Shown one piece after another: positions 14,337 to 26,147 of a DNA stretch of 64,000 bases; the first letter of the stretch is position 1, and each line of letters begins with the position of its first letter. Origin of the DNA: Antedon mediterranea (Eukaryota > Animalia > Echinodermata); assembly GCF_964355755.1 (NCBI RefSeq), contig NC_092672.1, positions 36,276,437-36,340,436 on the forward strand, given 5' to 3'. Under the pieces are notes generated by a model. It did no database searches and was not told the DNA's origin. It worked only from the letters and a program-made list of their open reading frames with translations. A program made the translations under genes and the position numbers.

Positions 14337-16836
14337 GGAGCTATTAGGACAAAAAAGTCAAAATATTTTAATATGCTGTTTATACCGCCCTCCAAATGCA
14401 AATTATGAATATTTTAACTTAATTATTGATTTACTTGAAAAAGTTAGTATGGAAAACACTGAAATTGTACTACTCGGCGATTTTAATATTGATTATGTCT
14501 TAAATGAGAACCTCTCGAAAAATCCTATCAATATGATCGAAAACATGTTTGTTATGACCCAGTTGATTCATGATAAAACAAGAGTTACGTCACACTCATC
14601 AAGTTGTATTGATTTGATACTAACAACAATTCCAGATCAGCACTATTTAAGTGGTGTTGCTAAAATAGCTTTAAGCGACCATTTTATGGTTTACAGCTGT
14701 TTAAAATTTAAGGAAAAAGAAGCTAAACATAAAACAATATATTATAGAGATTATAAGAACTTTGATGAAGGGGCATTCTTGCATGATATTTCCCATTCTC
14801 AGAAATTACAAAATATTCACAATATTAATAACGTTGACAATGCATGGGGTACGTTTAAAAATTGCTTTCTAAATTTAAGTAATAAACATGTGCCTATAAA
14901 AAATTCAAGAATAAAAAATAGATTCTCTCCCTGGATAACTCCTGAAATTATAAAGTTAATGTACAAAAGAGATTATACTAAAAGCAAAGTAAATGTTAAT
15001 AATCCAGGATTAAAAACTGAGTATAGAAGACTTAGAAATCTGGTTAACACTAACATTAAGAAAGCAAAGTATAACTATTTTAATAATGTAAATATAAAAT
15101 ATAAAAATAATCCAAAAAAAATGTGGAACGAGCTAAATAAACTAACTGGTAAAACGAAATCTAACATTAGTAAAACTATTGATTGCGAACATTTTAATGA
15201 ATACTTTACCAACATAGGAGTTAAGATGGCGCAGTCATTTGACGATACGCTGCCAAGTTGGAATAATCCACCTAGTGAATATTCCTTTAATTTTATAAAT
15301 GTTGATGTAAATACCATTAAAAGGAAGCTTTATAATTTGCCAGAAAAAAATTTAGATGTTCTTGATTTTGATAGTAAATTGTTAAGGTTAGCAGCTCCGT
15401 ACATTGCTTATCCATTGTGTCATATTGTGAATCTCTCTCTCATGTCTGGTCTTGTCCCAGCTGATTGGAAAGTAGCAAGGACAACTCCTATATATAAAGG
15501 AAAGGGTAGTAAAGACAGTATGAGCAACTACAGACCAATATCTGTCGTTGCTCATATCGCAAAGATTATAGAGAGAGTGGTTCAGGAACAAATCATTTCT
15601 TTTCTTAGTTTGTTTGATTTGATTAACATTGATCAATTTGCCTTTTTGAAAAACCATTCTACTGTAACATGCTTGCACAGAGTAGTTGATGATTGGTTAG
15701 AAAGTTTTAATGACTCAGAGGTCGTCGGCGCTTGTTTCTTAGATATATCCAAGTGCTTTGACACGATAGATCACTCAATTTTGTTATTTAAGCTTTACAA
15801 ATATGGTTTCCATAAAAATGTTGTTTACTGGTTTAGTAATTACTTAAAAAACAGAAAACAGTTTGTATACTGTAACAATAACAAATCTACACTTAAAGAA
15901 ATCAATATTGGTGTTCCACAAGGAAGTGTCTTGGGACCCATCTTGTTTCTCATTTTCATAAATGATATTTCGCAGTCTATAGTAAATGGAACTTGCAGCG
16001 TTTTTGCTGATGATGTTGTGGTTTACACCTCAGGTGATACTGCTAAGATAGTAAATGATTCATTACAAATAATTATTGATAACATTGGTAAATGGTATGA
16101 TGACAACCACCTCTCTATAAATACTGAAAAAACAAAGGTTATGTTACTAAGAAACAATCATACAGCTGACAGTAATGATTTAAATATACAAATTGGAACC
16201 AGTAAATTAGAACAAGTTGATAGTATAAGGTATCTGGGAGTCGTAATCGATGAAATGTTAACTTGGAAACAAAATACTCAATGTATTAGTAAAAATATTG
16301 GATATAAAATAACAATGCTAGGTAAAATGGCTAGTAGTTTAAGTAAACCGTTACTTGAAACTCTATATATAAGTACAATTCAGCCTTGTAGTGATTATGC
16401 TATAACAGTCTGGGGAAATACGACAGAGTTAAACAAAAATATTTTAAAGCGACATCAAAAAAGAGCTGCTCGAATTGTAACTAACAACTTCGATTATATT
16501 AATGTAAGGGGTGACAACATCATCCAGAACTTATCGTGGCAAACTCTTGAAGAGAAACGAGATTTCTCCCTAGCATGTCTAATGTATAAATGTGTTTACG
16601 GCCTTGCACCAATTAGATTAGTAAATGAAATTGAATTGATTCGCGATATTCACACCCACTTAACACGTGGAGTAGAAAATTTGAATGTAACAATACCTAA
16701 ATACACCCTTAGTAAAATGAATTCGTCCTTTAAAGTTGCAGGCGCAAAAATATGGAACAATTTACCAATTAATATTAAATCGGCACCAACAATTACGTCC
16801 TTTAAGGCTAGATACAAATCTCATTTCTTTTCATAA
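14337..16836 (+). CDS. LINE ORF2 (C-terminal APE endonuclease + reverse transcriptase), uninterrupted, lacking its N-terminus
   Basis: Motifs YRPP, GDFNID, IDLI, SDH, NYRPIS, DISKCFDTIDH, GVPQGSVLGPILF, FADD, YLGV. The nominal TTG start at 14326 is satellite-derived. Confidence 0.92.
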
Positions 16837-16985
16837 AAAACTGACATGTATTATATTTAATTAAGTTTCTCTTTTGTATATTTTGATTAAGACAGGACCA
16901 CAATGTAAAACAGATACACTGTTATCTGATTGTTTTATCCTGTATAAATATATTATTTATTATTATTATTATTATTATTATTTTT
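14337..16985 (+). mobile_element. 5'-truncated non-LTR retrotransposon (L2/Crack/CR1 group) inserted in the satellite
   Basis: The satellite breaks at ...GAAATTGCT|GGAG and resumes after a (TAT)n tail as ...TTTTAAATTGCT. AAATTGCT on both sides is a possible TSD. Confidence 0.93.
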
Positions 16986-19900
16986 TAAATTGCTTTAAAA
17001 CCCGTACTTGCCCACACTGGGCCGGGGCAAGTAGCACATTTCGGGAAAGTCAGGACCATACTACGTCAATCTATACTATTGTGTACCCGGCCCGAGGCGT
17101 CGGGGTGTGGTCATATGGCCACTTTAAAAGTGGTGCTATTAATTCTTAGTAAATTTTTGCTAAAAATACGCATTTGAAATTGCTTTAAAACACGTACATC
17201 TTGCACGCACTGGGCCGGGGCAGGTGGCACATTTCTGGAATGCCAGGACCATACTACGTCAATCTATACTATTGTGTACCCGGCCCGATGCGTCGGGGTG
17301 TGGTCATATGGTCACTTTAAAAGTGGTGTTTACTAAATTAATGCCAAAAATACGCATTTTAAATTGCTTTAAAATCCGTACTCGCCCGCACTGGGCCGGG
17401 GCAAGTGGCACATTTCTGGAAAGCCAGGACCATACTACGTCAATCTATACTATTGTGTACCCGGCCCGAGACGTCGGGGTGTGGTCATATTGCCACTTTA
17501 AAAGTGGTGCTATTAATACTTAGTAAAATAACACTAAAAATACGCATTTTAAATTGCTTTAAAACCCGTACTTACCCGCACTGGGCCGGGGCAAGTGGCA
17601 CATTTCTGGAATGCCAGGACCATACTACGTCAATCTATATTATTGTGTACCCGGCCCGAGTCGTCGGGGTGTGGTCATATGGCCACTTTAAAAGTGGTGC
17701 TATTATATAATTCTTAGTAAAATAACACTAAAAACACGCATTTTAAATTGCTTTAAAATCCATACTTGCCCGCACTGGGCCGGGGCAAGTGGCACATTTC
17801 TGGAAAGCCAGGACCATACTACGTCAATCTATACTATTGTGTACCCGGCCCGAGGCGTCGGGGTGTGGTCATATGGCCACTTTAAAAGTGGTGTTTACTA
17901 AATTAATGCTAAAAATACGCATTTTAAATTGCTTTAAAATCCGTACTTGCCCGCACTGGGCCGGGGCAAGTAGCATATTTCTGGAATGCCAGGACCATAC
18001 TACGTTAATCTATACTATTGTGTTCCCAGCCCGAAGCGTCGGGGTGTGGTCATATGGCCACTTTAAATGTGGTGCTATTACGGTAATTCTTAGTAAATTA
18101 ATGCTAAAAATACGCATTTGAAATTGCTTTTAAACACGTACTTGCCCGCACTGGGCCGGGGCAAGTGGCACATTTCTGGAAAGCCAGGACCATACTAAGT
18201 CAATCTATACTATTGTGTACCCGGCCCGAGGCGTCGGGGTGTGGTCATATGGCCACTTTAAAAGTGGTGTTTACTAAATTATTGCTAAAAATACGCATTT
18301 TAAATTGCTTTAAAATCCGTACTTGCCCGCACTGGGCCGGGGCAAGTGGCACATTTCTGGAATGCCAGGACCATTCTACGTCAATCTATACTATTGTGTT
18401 CCCGGCCCGAGGCGTTGGGGTGTGGTCATATTGCCACTTTAAAAGTGGTGCTATTAATACTTAGTAAAATAACACTAAAAATACGCATTTTAAATTGCTT
18501 TAAAATCCGTACTTGCCCGCACTGGGCCGGGGCAAGTGGCACATTTCTGGAATGCCAGGACCATACTACGTCAATCTATATTATTGTGTACCCGGCCCGA
18601 GGCGTCGGGGTGTGGTCATATGGCCACTTTAAAAGTGGTGCTATTAATTCTTAGTAAATTATTGCTAAAAATACGCATTTGAAATTGCTTTAAAATCCAT
18701 ACTTGCCCGCACTGGGCCGGGGCAAGTGGCACATTTCTGGAATGCCAGGACCATACTACGTCAATCTATACTATTGTGTACCCGACGCGAGGCGTCGGTG
18801 TGTGGTCATATGGCCACTTTAAAAGTGGTGTTTACTAAATTAATGCTAAAAATACGCATTTTAAATTGCTTTAAAATCCGTAGTTGCTCGCACTGGGCCG
18901 GGGCAAGTGGCATATTTCTGGAATGCCAGGACCATACTACGTCAATCTATACTATTGTGTTCCCGGCCCGAGGCGTCGGGGTGTGGTCATATGGCCACTT
19001 TAAATGTGGTGCTATTAATTCTTAGTAAATTAATGCTAAAAATACGCATTTGAAATTGCTTTTAAACACTTACTTGCCCGCACTGGGCCGGGGCAAGTGG
19101 CACATTTATGGAATGCCAGGACTATTCTACATCAATATATACTATTGTGAACCCGACCCGAGGCGTCAGGGTGTGGTCATATGGCCACTTTAAAAGTGGT
19201 GCTATTAATTCTTAGTAAATTTTTGCTAAAAATACGCATTTTAAATTGCTTTAAAACCCGTACTTGCCCACACTGGGCCGGGGCAAGTAGCAAATTTCTG
19301 GAATGCCAGGACCATACTACGTCAATCTATACTATTGTGTACCCGGCCCGAGGCGTCGGGGTGTGGTCATATGGCCACTTTAAAAGTGGTGCTATTAATT
19401 CTTAGTAAATTATTGCTAAAAATACGCATTTGAAATTGCTTTAAAATCCATACTTGCCCGCACTGGGCCGGGGCAAGTGGCACATTTCTGGAATGCCAGG
19501 ACCATACTACGTCAATCTATACTATTGTGTACCCCCGACGCGAGGCGTCGGTGTGTGGTCATATGGCCACTTTAAAAGTGGTGTTTACTAAATTAATGCT
19601 AAAAATACGCATTTTAACATTGCTTTAAAATCCGTAGTTGCTCGCACTGGGCCGGGGCAAGTGGCATATTTCTGGAATGCCAGGACCATACTACGTCAAT
19701 CTATACTATTGTGATCCCGGCCCGAGGCGTCGGGGTGTGGTCATATGGCCACTTTAAATGTGGTGCTATTAATTCTTAGTAAATTAATGCTAAAAATACG
19801 CATTTGAAATTGCTTTTAAACACTTACTTGCCCGCACTGGGCCGGGGCAAGTGGCACATTTATGGAATGCCAGGACTATTCTACATCAATATATACTATT

Positions 19901-22739
19901 GTGAACCCGACCCGATGCGTCAGGGTGTGGTCATATGGCCACTTTAAAAGTGGTGCTATTAATTCTTAGTAAATTTTTGCTAAAAATACGCATTTTAAAT
20001 TGCTTTAAAACCCGTACTTGCCCACACTGGGCCGGGGCAAGTAGCAAATTTCTGGAATGCCAGGACCATACTACGTCAATATATACTATTGTGTACCCGG
20101 TCCGAGGCGTCGGGGTGTGGTCATATGGCCACTTTAAAAGTTGTGTTTACTAAATTAATGCTAAAAATACGCATTTTATATTGCTTTAAAATCCGTACTT
20201 GCCCGCACTGGGCCGGGGCAAGTAGCATATTTCTGGAATGCCAGGACCATACTACGTTAATCTATACTATTGTGTTCCCGGCCCGAGGCGTCGGGGTGTG
20301 GTCATATGGCCACTTTAAATGTGGTGCTATTACGGTAATTCTTAGTAAATTAATGCTAAAAATACGCATTTGAAATTGCTTTTAAACACGTACTTGCCCG
20401 CACTGGGCCGGGGCAAGTGGCACATTTCTGGAAAGCCAGGACCATACTAAGTCAATCTATACTATTGTGTACCCGGCCCGAGGCGTCGGGGTGTGGTCAT
20501 ATGGCCACTTTAAAAGTCGTGTTTACTAAATTAATGCTAAAAATACGCATTTTAAATTGCTTTAAAATCCGTACTTGCCCGCACTGGGCCGGGACAAGTG
20601 GCACATTTCTGGAATGCCAGGACCATTCTACGTCAATCTATACTATTGTGTTCCCGGCCCGAGGCGTTGGGGTGTGGTCATATGGCCACTTTAAAAGTGG
20701 TGCTATTAATTCTTAGTAAATTAATGCTAAAAATACGCATTTGAAATTGCTTTTAAACACGTACTTGCCCGCACTGGGCCGGGGCAAGTGGCACATTTCT
20801 GAAAAGTCAGGACCATACTACGTCAATCTATACTATTGTGTACCCGGCCCGAGGCGTCGGGGTGTGGTCATATGGCCACTTTAAAAGTGGTGTTTACTAA
20901 ATTAATGCTAAAAATACGCATTTTAAATTGCTTTAAAATCCGTACTTGCCCGCACTGGGCCGGGGCAAGTGGCATATTTCTGGAATGCCAGGACCATACT
21001 ACGTCAATCTATACTATTGTGTTCCCGGCCCGAGGCTTCGGGGTGTGGTCATATGGCCACTTTAAATGTGGTGCTATTAATTCTTAGTAAATTAATGCTA
21101 AAAATACGCATTTGAAATTGCTTTTAAACACTTACTTGCCCGCACTGGGCCGGGGCAAGTGGCACATTTATGGAATGCCAGGACCATTCTACATCAATCT
21201 ATACTATTGTGTACCCGGCCCGATGCGTCGGGGTGTGGTCATATGGTCACTTTAAAAGTGGTGTTTACTAAATCAATGCCAAAAATATGCATTTTAAATT
21301 GCTTTAAAATCCGTACTCGCCCGCACTGGGCCGGGGCAAGTGGCACATTTCTGGAAAGCCAGGACCATACTACGTCAATCTATACTATTGTGTACCCGGC
21401 CCCAGACGTCGGGGTGTGGTCATATTGCCACTTTAAAAGTGGTGCTATTAATACTTAGTAAAATAACACTAAAAATACGCATTTTAAATTGCTTTAAAAT
21501 CCGTACTTGCCCGCACTGGGCCGGGGCAAGTGGCACATTTCTGGAATGCCAGGACCATACTACGTCAATCTATATTATTGTGTACCCGGCCCGAGGCGTC
21601 GGGGTGTGGTCATATGGCCACTTTAAAAGTGGTGCTATTAATTCTTAGTAAATTATTGCTAAAAATACGCATTTGAAATTGCTTTAAAATCCATACTTGC
21701 CCGCACTGGGCCGGGGCAAGTGGCACATTTCTGGAATGCCAGGACCATACTACGTCAATCTATACTATTGTGTACCCGACGCGAGGCGTCGGTGTGTGGT
21801 CATATGGTCACTTTAAAAGTGGTGTTTACTAAATTAATGCTAAAAATACGCATTTTAAATTGCTTTAAAATCCGTTCTTGCCCGCACTGGGCCGGGGCAA
21901 GTGGCATATTTCTGGAATTCCAGGACCATACTACGTCAATCTATACTATTGTGAACCTGGCCCGAGGCGTTGGTATGATCGTAATATCGGAACTAAAAAA
22001 TGTAAATCTGTGATAAAATAGGTACATCTAGACTAGGTCTACTTTGGTACGAATTTGGGCCAGCCGGTCGGCCGCGGCCTAGCGAACGTCGAATAAGGAA
22101 CCAACTTCACGAATGAATGTCGAATAGGGAATAAGTAACAGCAGGAGATTGGTTGGTGGCGCACGGCATATTTACCGCTGGGAAATTATCATTTTCGAAA
22201 TTTTGGCCTAGCTAGCCTAGCGAATGTCGAACGTCGAATAAGGAACCAACTTCCATTGACGAATGTCGAATAAGGAATAAGTAACCAACTTCACGGCGCT
22301 CTTCCCAGGGGCGAAGGGTGTACAAACGGCATCGTAGAAAAAAAACTAACCATAACAAAAAATTTTTACTTTTCATACACGTTATTTAATAATTTCTCAT
22401 TATATTAATCTAAATTATGTTTTAATCACTGGTGGAAAACAATGTATCCTTCATTACCCAAAAATCATGCACATTTTCATGTAAAAACATAAAAATTAAA
22501 GGACATACCTTGATAACGACCTTCTCCAACAATGTGACAGCGTGCAACCTTGAATACGGGTTCTACAAGTTTTTTTACGTCACCAACTGTTTTATTCTCA
22601 TGAATATTCAGCGATATCGTGAATTAACACAAATCTATTGGTCGACAAAGTTCATTAAATATTCACATGTGTTGTCTTGTTTACTCAGAGGTTTGCATGA
22701 GAGCGCGCCCTCTATAGTTTTTTCGTTTAGCGATATAGG

Positions 22740-22767
22740 ACTTTTTGTCAATAGTGAAGACACCGTG
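22740..22767 (-). other. 12-RSS-like terminal sequence: heptamer CACGGTG, 12-bp spacer TCTTCACTATTG, nonamer ACAAAAAGT
   Basis: Reverse complement of actttttgtcaatagtgaagacaccgtg. It matches CACAGTG at 6/7 and ACAAAAACC at 7/9 positions, with exactly 12-bp spacing. Confidence 0.65.
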
Positions 22768-23036
22768 AGAAATAGTCGACGCAAGATGGAGACTATTGGG
22801 TCACATACTTAGACAAGACTCAGGTACACCAGCCAACACAGCAATAAGCTATTATTTCAGCAACACTACCAATATAAAATTTCGAGGAAGACCAAGAACC
22901 ACCCTACCAATAACTCTCCAACGACCTACCTACCCTTTATAAACAAAACACAAACCTCAAGTATCCCGGACAATTGAAAACTGGAAGATACTGGTAAAAG
23001 AGATTTACGGAGCAGCAGAGGCAGTAATCATCATCT

Positions 23037-23108
23037 GACATCATCATGTCCATATATGGGCACATCACTTTTTTTTTTCACATAGTTTGATAGTGTGGAC
23101 AGAGCTTT
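23037..23108. mobile_element. Truncated copy of a ~145-bp MITE family (TIR AAGCTCTGTCTACACTATCAAACT)
   Basis: Ends in AGTTTGATAGTGTGGACAGAGCTTT. The core CCATATATGGGCACATCAC is shared with copies at 40948, 42585 and 59140. Confidence 0.7.
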
Positions 23109-23129
23109 ACATACAATAATATAATATAT

Positions 23130-24385
23130 ATAAACCACATTAACTATGACGTTCAAATACATGACGACTAAAAGAAAGCAAATGCAAACTAGATACACCG
23201 CGACGAGCTCTATACAACAACAAAAAAACGATATACACGTTGATATATTGATATTGTACATACATTTAAATCCATTCTTTGCATAAGGAGGCAAAATTAT
23301 AGTTAAATATTAGTATTAAATAAAATTAATATTTTTAATAAAGATAGGTCAAGTTACATTCGGGTCTGATAGTAATAATAAAAGGAATAAAGATGTTTTA
23401 AAGGAAAAGGTTAAACAATAGATGAATATAAAGATAATTAAATATTATGTTGTAAGAAATCCAGGACGAGTTGCCTTTAATTCTAAACAACCATCTAAAA
23501 CGTAATAATGTATTAATGGTCAACGTATTATTGGAGGGTGGTTTCGTCGAACAATATTTGTACAATGAATATCCTAGATATAGGCCTAATTACCATCATG
23601 GATAACGTTCATGAAGATGAAGATAGGGAGGTGATAGGGGACACAATTCAAGGGACGAACGCACACCCCGGGAAAACTCACGAATCATGACAGACTTTAA
23701 ATCATCATTAGTATAATATTTGAATATACCTGCCTATTAAGGGGAAATGTCTTGTGAAACGAATGAAGGATATGTTATGCATAAGGCCAACGCTTCGAGA
23801 CATTATTAACACGTTTTTTTGGTGCCAAGGTGTCCCCTTAATAGGGGTTACTTTAATATTCAGCCAAGCTCTAAAATATGAGCGAGGGGAAATAGACAGT
23901 ACACATTACTTACTGTGCATTTGTCCCATTTTCGTTCGGACGTAACAATTTACACATGTTGTAATGGTCGCGTGTGGTGTTTACATTTGGAATACGAAAA
24001 CACCCAAAGCAACGTACGAACGTATAAAACTGAACTTACCTTGTAATGTGTTCTATTCACTTATTTGAGAGAATCCGTCTTAAAATTATCTATGGAATAA
24101 AGACAATCCAGAGCTGCAATACGTGACACGGCTTGCTTAGTTATGAAAACGTCATAAGGCGTTGCATATAGGCCGCACTGTAAGTGTTTAGATGCTATCT
24201 CAATATCATACGCAGTTCATATTTTTCTGCATCATCATTATGCAATGGAGTAAAATATCGATATTACCATGGTGGCACATGAATGATATTGTTTAGGTTT
24301 ATTGTGTGTACTAACCCAGTCGATAAAAAATGTTTTAAAATTATCTGCGCATGTCAATTTCTTATATAGTATAACCAGTTTTGCC
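23130..24385 (+). repeat. Diverged direct duplicate of 47740-49510
   Basis: Collinear shared strings: ATGACGTTCAAATACATGAC, GGAGGCAAAA, CGGGTCTGATAGTAAT, CCAAGGTGTCCCCTTAATAGGGGTT, CAATATCATACGCAGTTCATATTTT. Confidence 0.85.
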
Positions 24386-26147
24386 CAGAAATGAAATTGT
24401 TCGAAAAACAAATCTTTGTAGCCTAGTCCTTCATGGTTTGTTTAAAAAAGGGAAAGTGTTATTTCGAATGAAGCAGCCTTGTCCACGAACCGTCTTCTCA
24501 TACACTTTCGTCCGATGACCATTCCACCGATGCTACGTCATTCATGGTAGGAATTGTTGTCACACCTGGTTATGCAAAAACTCCCTTCGACTGCTTGCCA
24601 TAAAAACTGAAAGCATTTTCGATTTTATTTCATTTGGTAGCTTGTAGGCCTACTGAACCAAATGAATTCATGGTTTGGCCTTACGATAGAGAAAGCTGCG
24701 TTCTGGTGTTACGCACGTGAATTCACTCATAGTTTGGCCTTACGATAGAAAAAGCTGCGTTCTGGTGTTGGCTTCTTGCATACTAAATATGTTATTTAAA
24801 ATAAATAGAGGATGTGAACGTTATATTGTACGTTGTCTATCTTTTTGATCTATTTTGTCATTGCACGCCGTTTCAAACATGTCATGATTTCACTACTGAA
24901 TATAATATTTGTATACAATGTAATGAGAAAATCTGTTTTTAAAAGTTTAGTTTAAGAATTGATTATTGTTTTGTACTGATAATCAATAAATGTTTGTTTT
25001 TGTTTTAAATCTTGCTACCTGTTCATTTTTAAATACTGTATTAATACCGTAATATCCTTGGTTATAATGCCACTTCAGGTTTAATCCCACCCCCTATTTT
25101 ATGTCTGGTTTCACAAACAGGCATATCATTGGATATAGTCCCATTGACTTTTGGTCTGGATATAGGCCTCTCTCTAGCCAGTTCAGATCAGTCTTTACAA
25201 GAAATTTTTAACAATTATTTTTTCCCTCAACCAGGATTTCCCCAGGTATAGTCCCACACCCCAAAATAAGCCCAATTTCGTGTTCTAGGGGTGGGGTTAT
25301 ACCAGAGGATATACACTGCAACTAATCTAATGTTATAGCCTACAGGTTATATTTATATATATATATATAATAAATTAATTAAATATGTCTTTTTAACCCA
25401 TTGGTGATAGTTATCTTTGACAGCTCTTATCTCTCCTCAGTGCTCACTTTTTATGTTTCAATGAAAGGAATAAATAAATAAACCATATATGGCTTAACTG
25501 TTTCAGCTGAAATAGACTGCTGCTTAATGTTATGATAAAACACAAACATTTGAATTTATATAAACATTTATATATTTTAATACACCTTGCAGCATACAAT
25601 AACTTTGTAACAAAACAATAATTGTAAGCGTTATACAGTATATATTTTACAGTTATTCCAAGTAATAACAATAAATATTTCTTACAAAAAACGTTGCTCG
25701 CTTATTGACGTAACAGTTTTAAAGATATTGTCCCTCTGAAAAATATTTTTTATTTCAAATTTGTTTTTGAATGTGTCATTTTATTGTCACATAATAGTTA
25801 TTTTACCTGAAAAAATGTAATTAAAAGCAAAAAATACTTCAATTGTTTCGTTTCGTTTCGTTTATTTATTTTTTTCCACTCACTCTTATATATATATATA
25901 TCATTTACATTTACATAACATATATTAAATGTGGATGGATGGAAGTCACAGTAAGTTCACTGAACTTTAAGTCGTGACTCCCGTATGCCTATAAGTATAC
26001 TAACATTGCTACAGAGTAGACTAAAATATGAATATATAATAGTGAAAGTACATAAAATCCAAAAAAAATAAAAAAATTAAATTATAGAAGTTAAGATAAA
26101 CCAGGCAATTATATAATATAATGATAAAAGGGATAATGATAACAATA

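Larger units (their letters stand above)
13618..21985 (+). repeat. Right-arm satellite array (same monomer, opposite orientation), ~31 copies, split by a LINE at 14337-16985
   Basis: Reverse complement of the left-arm unit. Spacing of equivalent positions is 181 bp (17224-17405, 18165-18346) or 190 bp. Orientation switches across a ~20-bp spacer at ~13598-13617. Confidence 0.97.
4873..22300. mobile_element. Giant non-autonomous foldback element (Mutator/Foldback-like) with satellite-built inverted arms
   Basis: Ends are AGCGCCGTGAAGTTGGTTAC... and ...GTAACCAACTTCACGGCGCT. A ~310-bp outer TIR (4873-5190 vs 21985-22300) is near-identical between ends. The flanking direct repeat is CTTCCCAGG at 4864-4872 and 22301-22309; an alternative reading is a 7-bp TSD with GAG...CTC ends. 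No transposase is encoded inside. Confidence 0.93.
1..22767 (+). mobile_element. Right portion of a Chapaev/RAG1-like DNA transposon, interrupted by the foldback insertion; putative terminus ...CACCGTG at 22767
   Basis: A transposase gene plus a GTG-3' end, as expected for CAC...GTG-terminated Chapaev/Transib/RAG-like elements. Removing the 17.4-kb insertion puts this end about 1.8 kb downstream of the stop codon. The left end and TSD are not visible. Confidence 0.6.

Noticed and set aside
15075-15678. Antisense ORFs within the LINE (similar ones occur in the transposase and membrane-protein genes)
   Set aside because: They are shadow frames of real coding sequence.
5156-22013. Dozens of ~100-aa 'MAHFW...' ORFs
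   Set aside because: They are translations of the satellite monomer, with frequent frame-breaking indels and GTG/TTG starts.
3506-22812. RAG2-like partner gene convergent with the transposase, including ORF 22432-22812
   Set aside because: No kelch or PHD-like coding sequence is visible in the ~1.8 kb of element sequence. The 126-aa ORF has no motifs and runs across the putative terminus.
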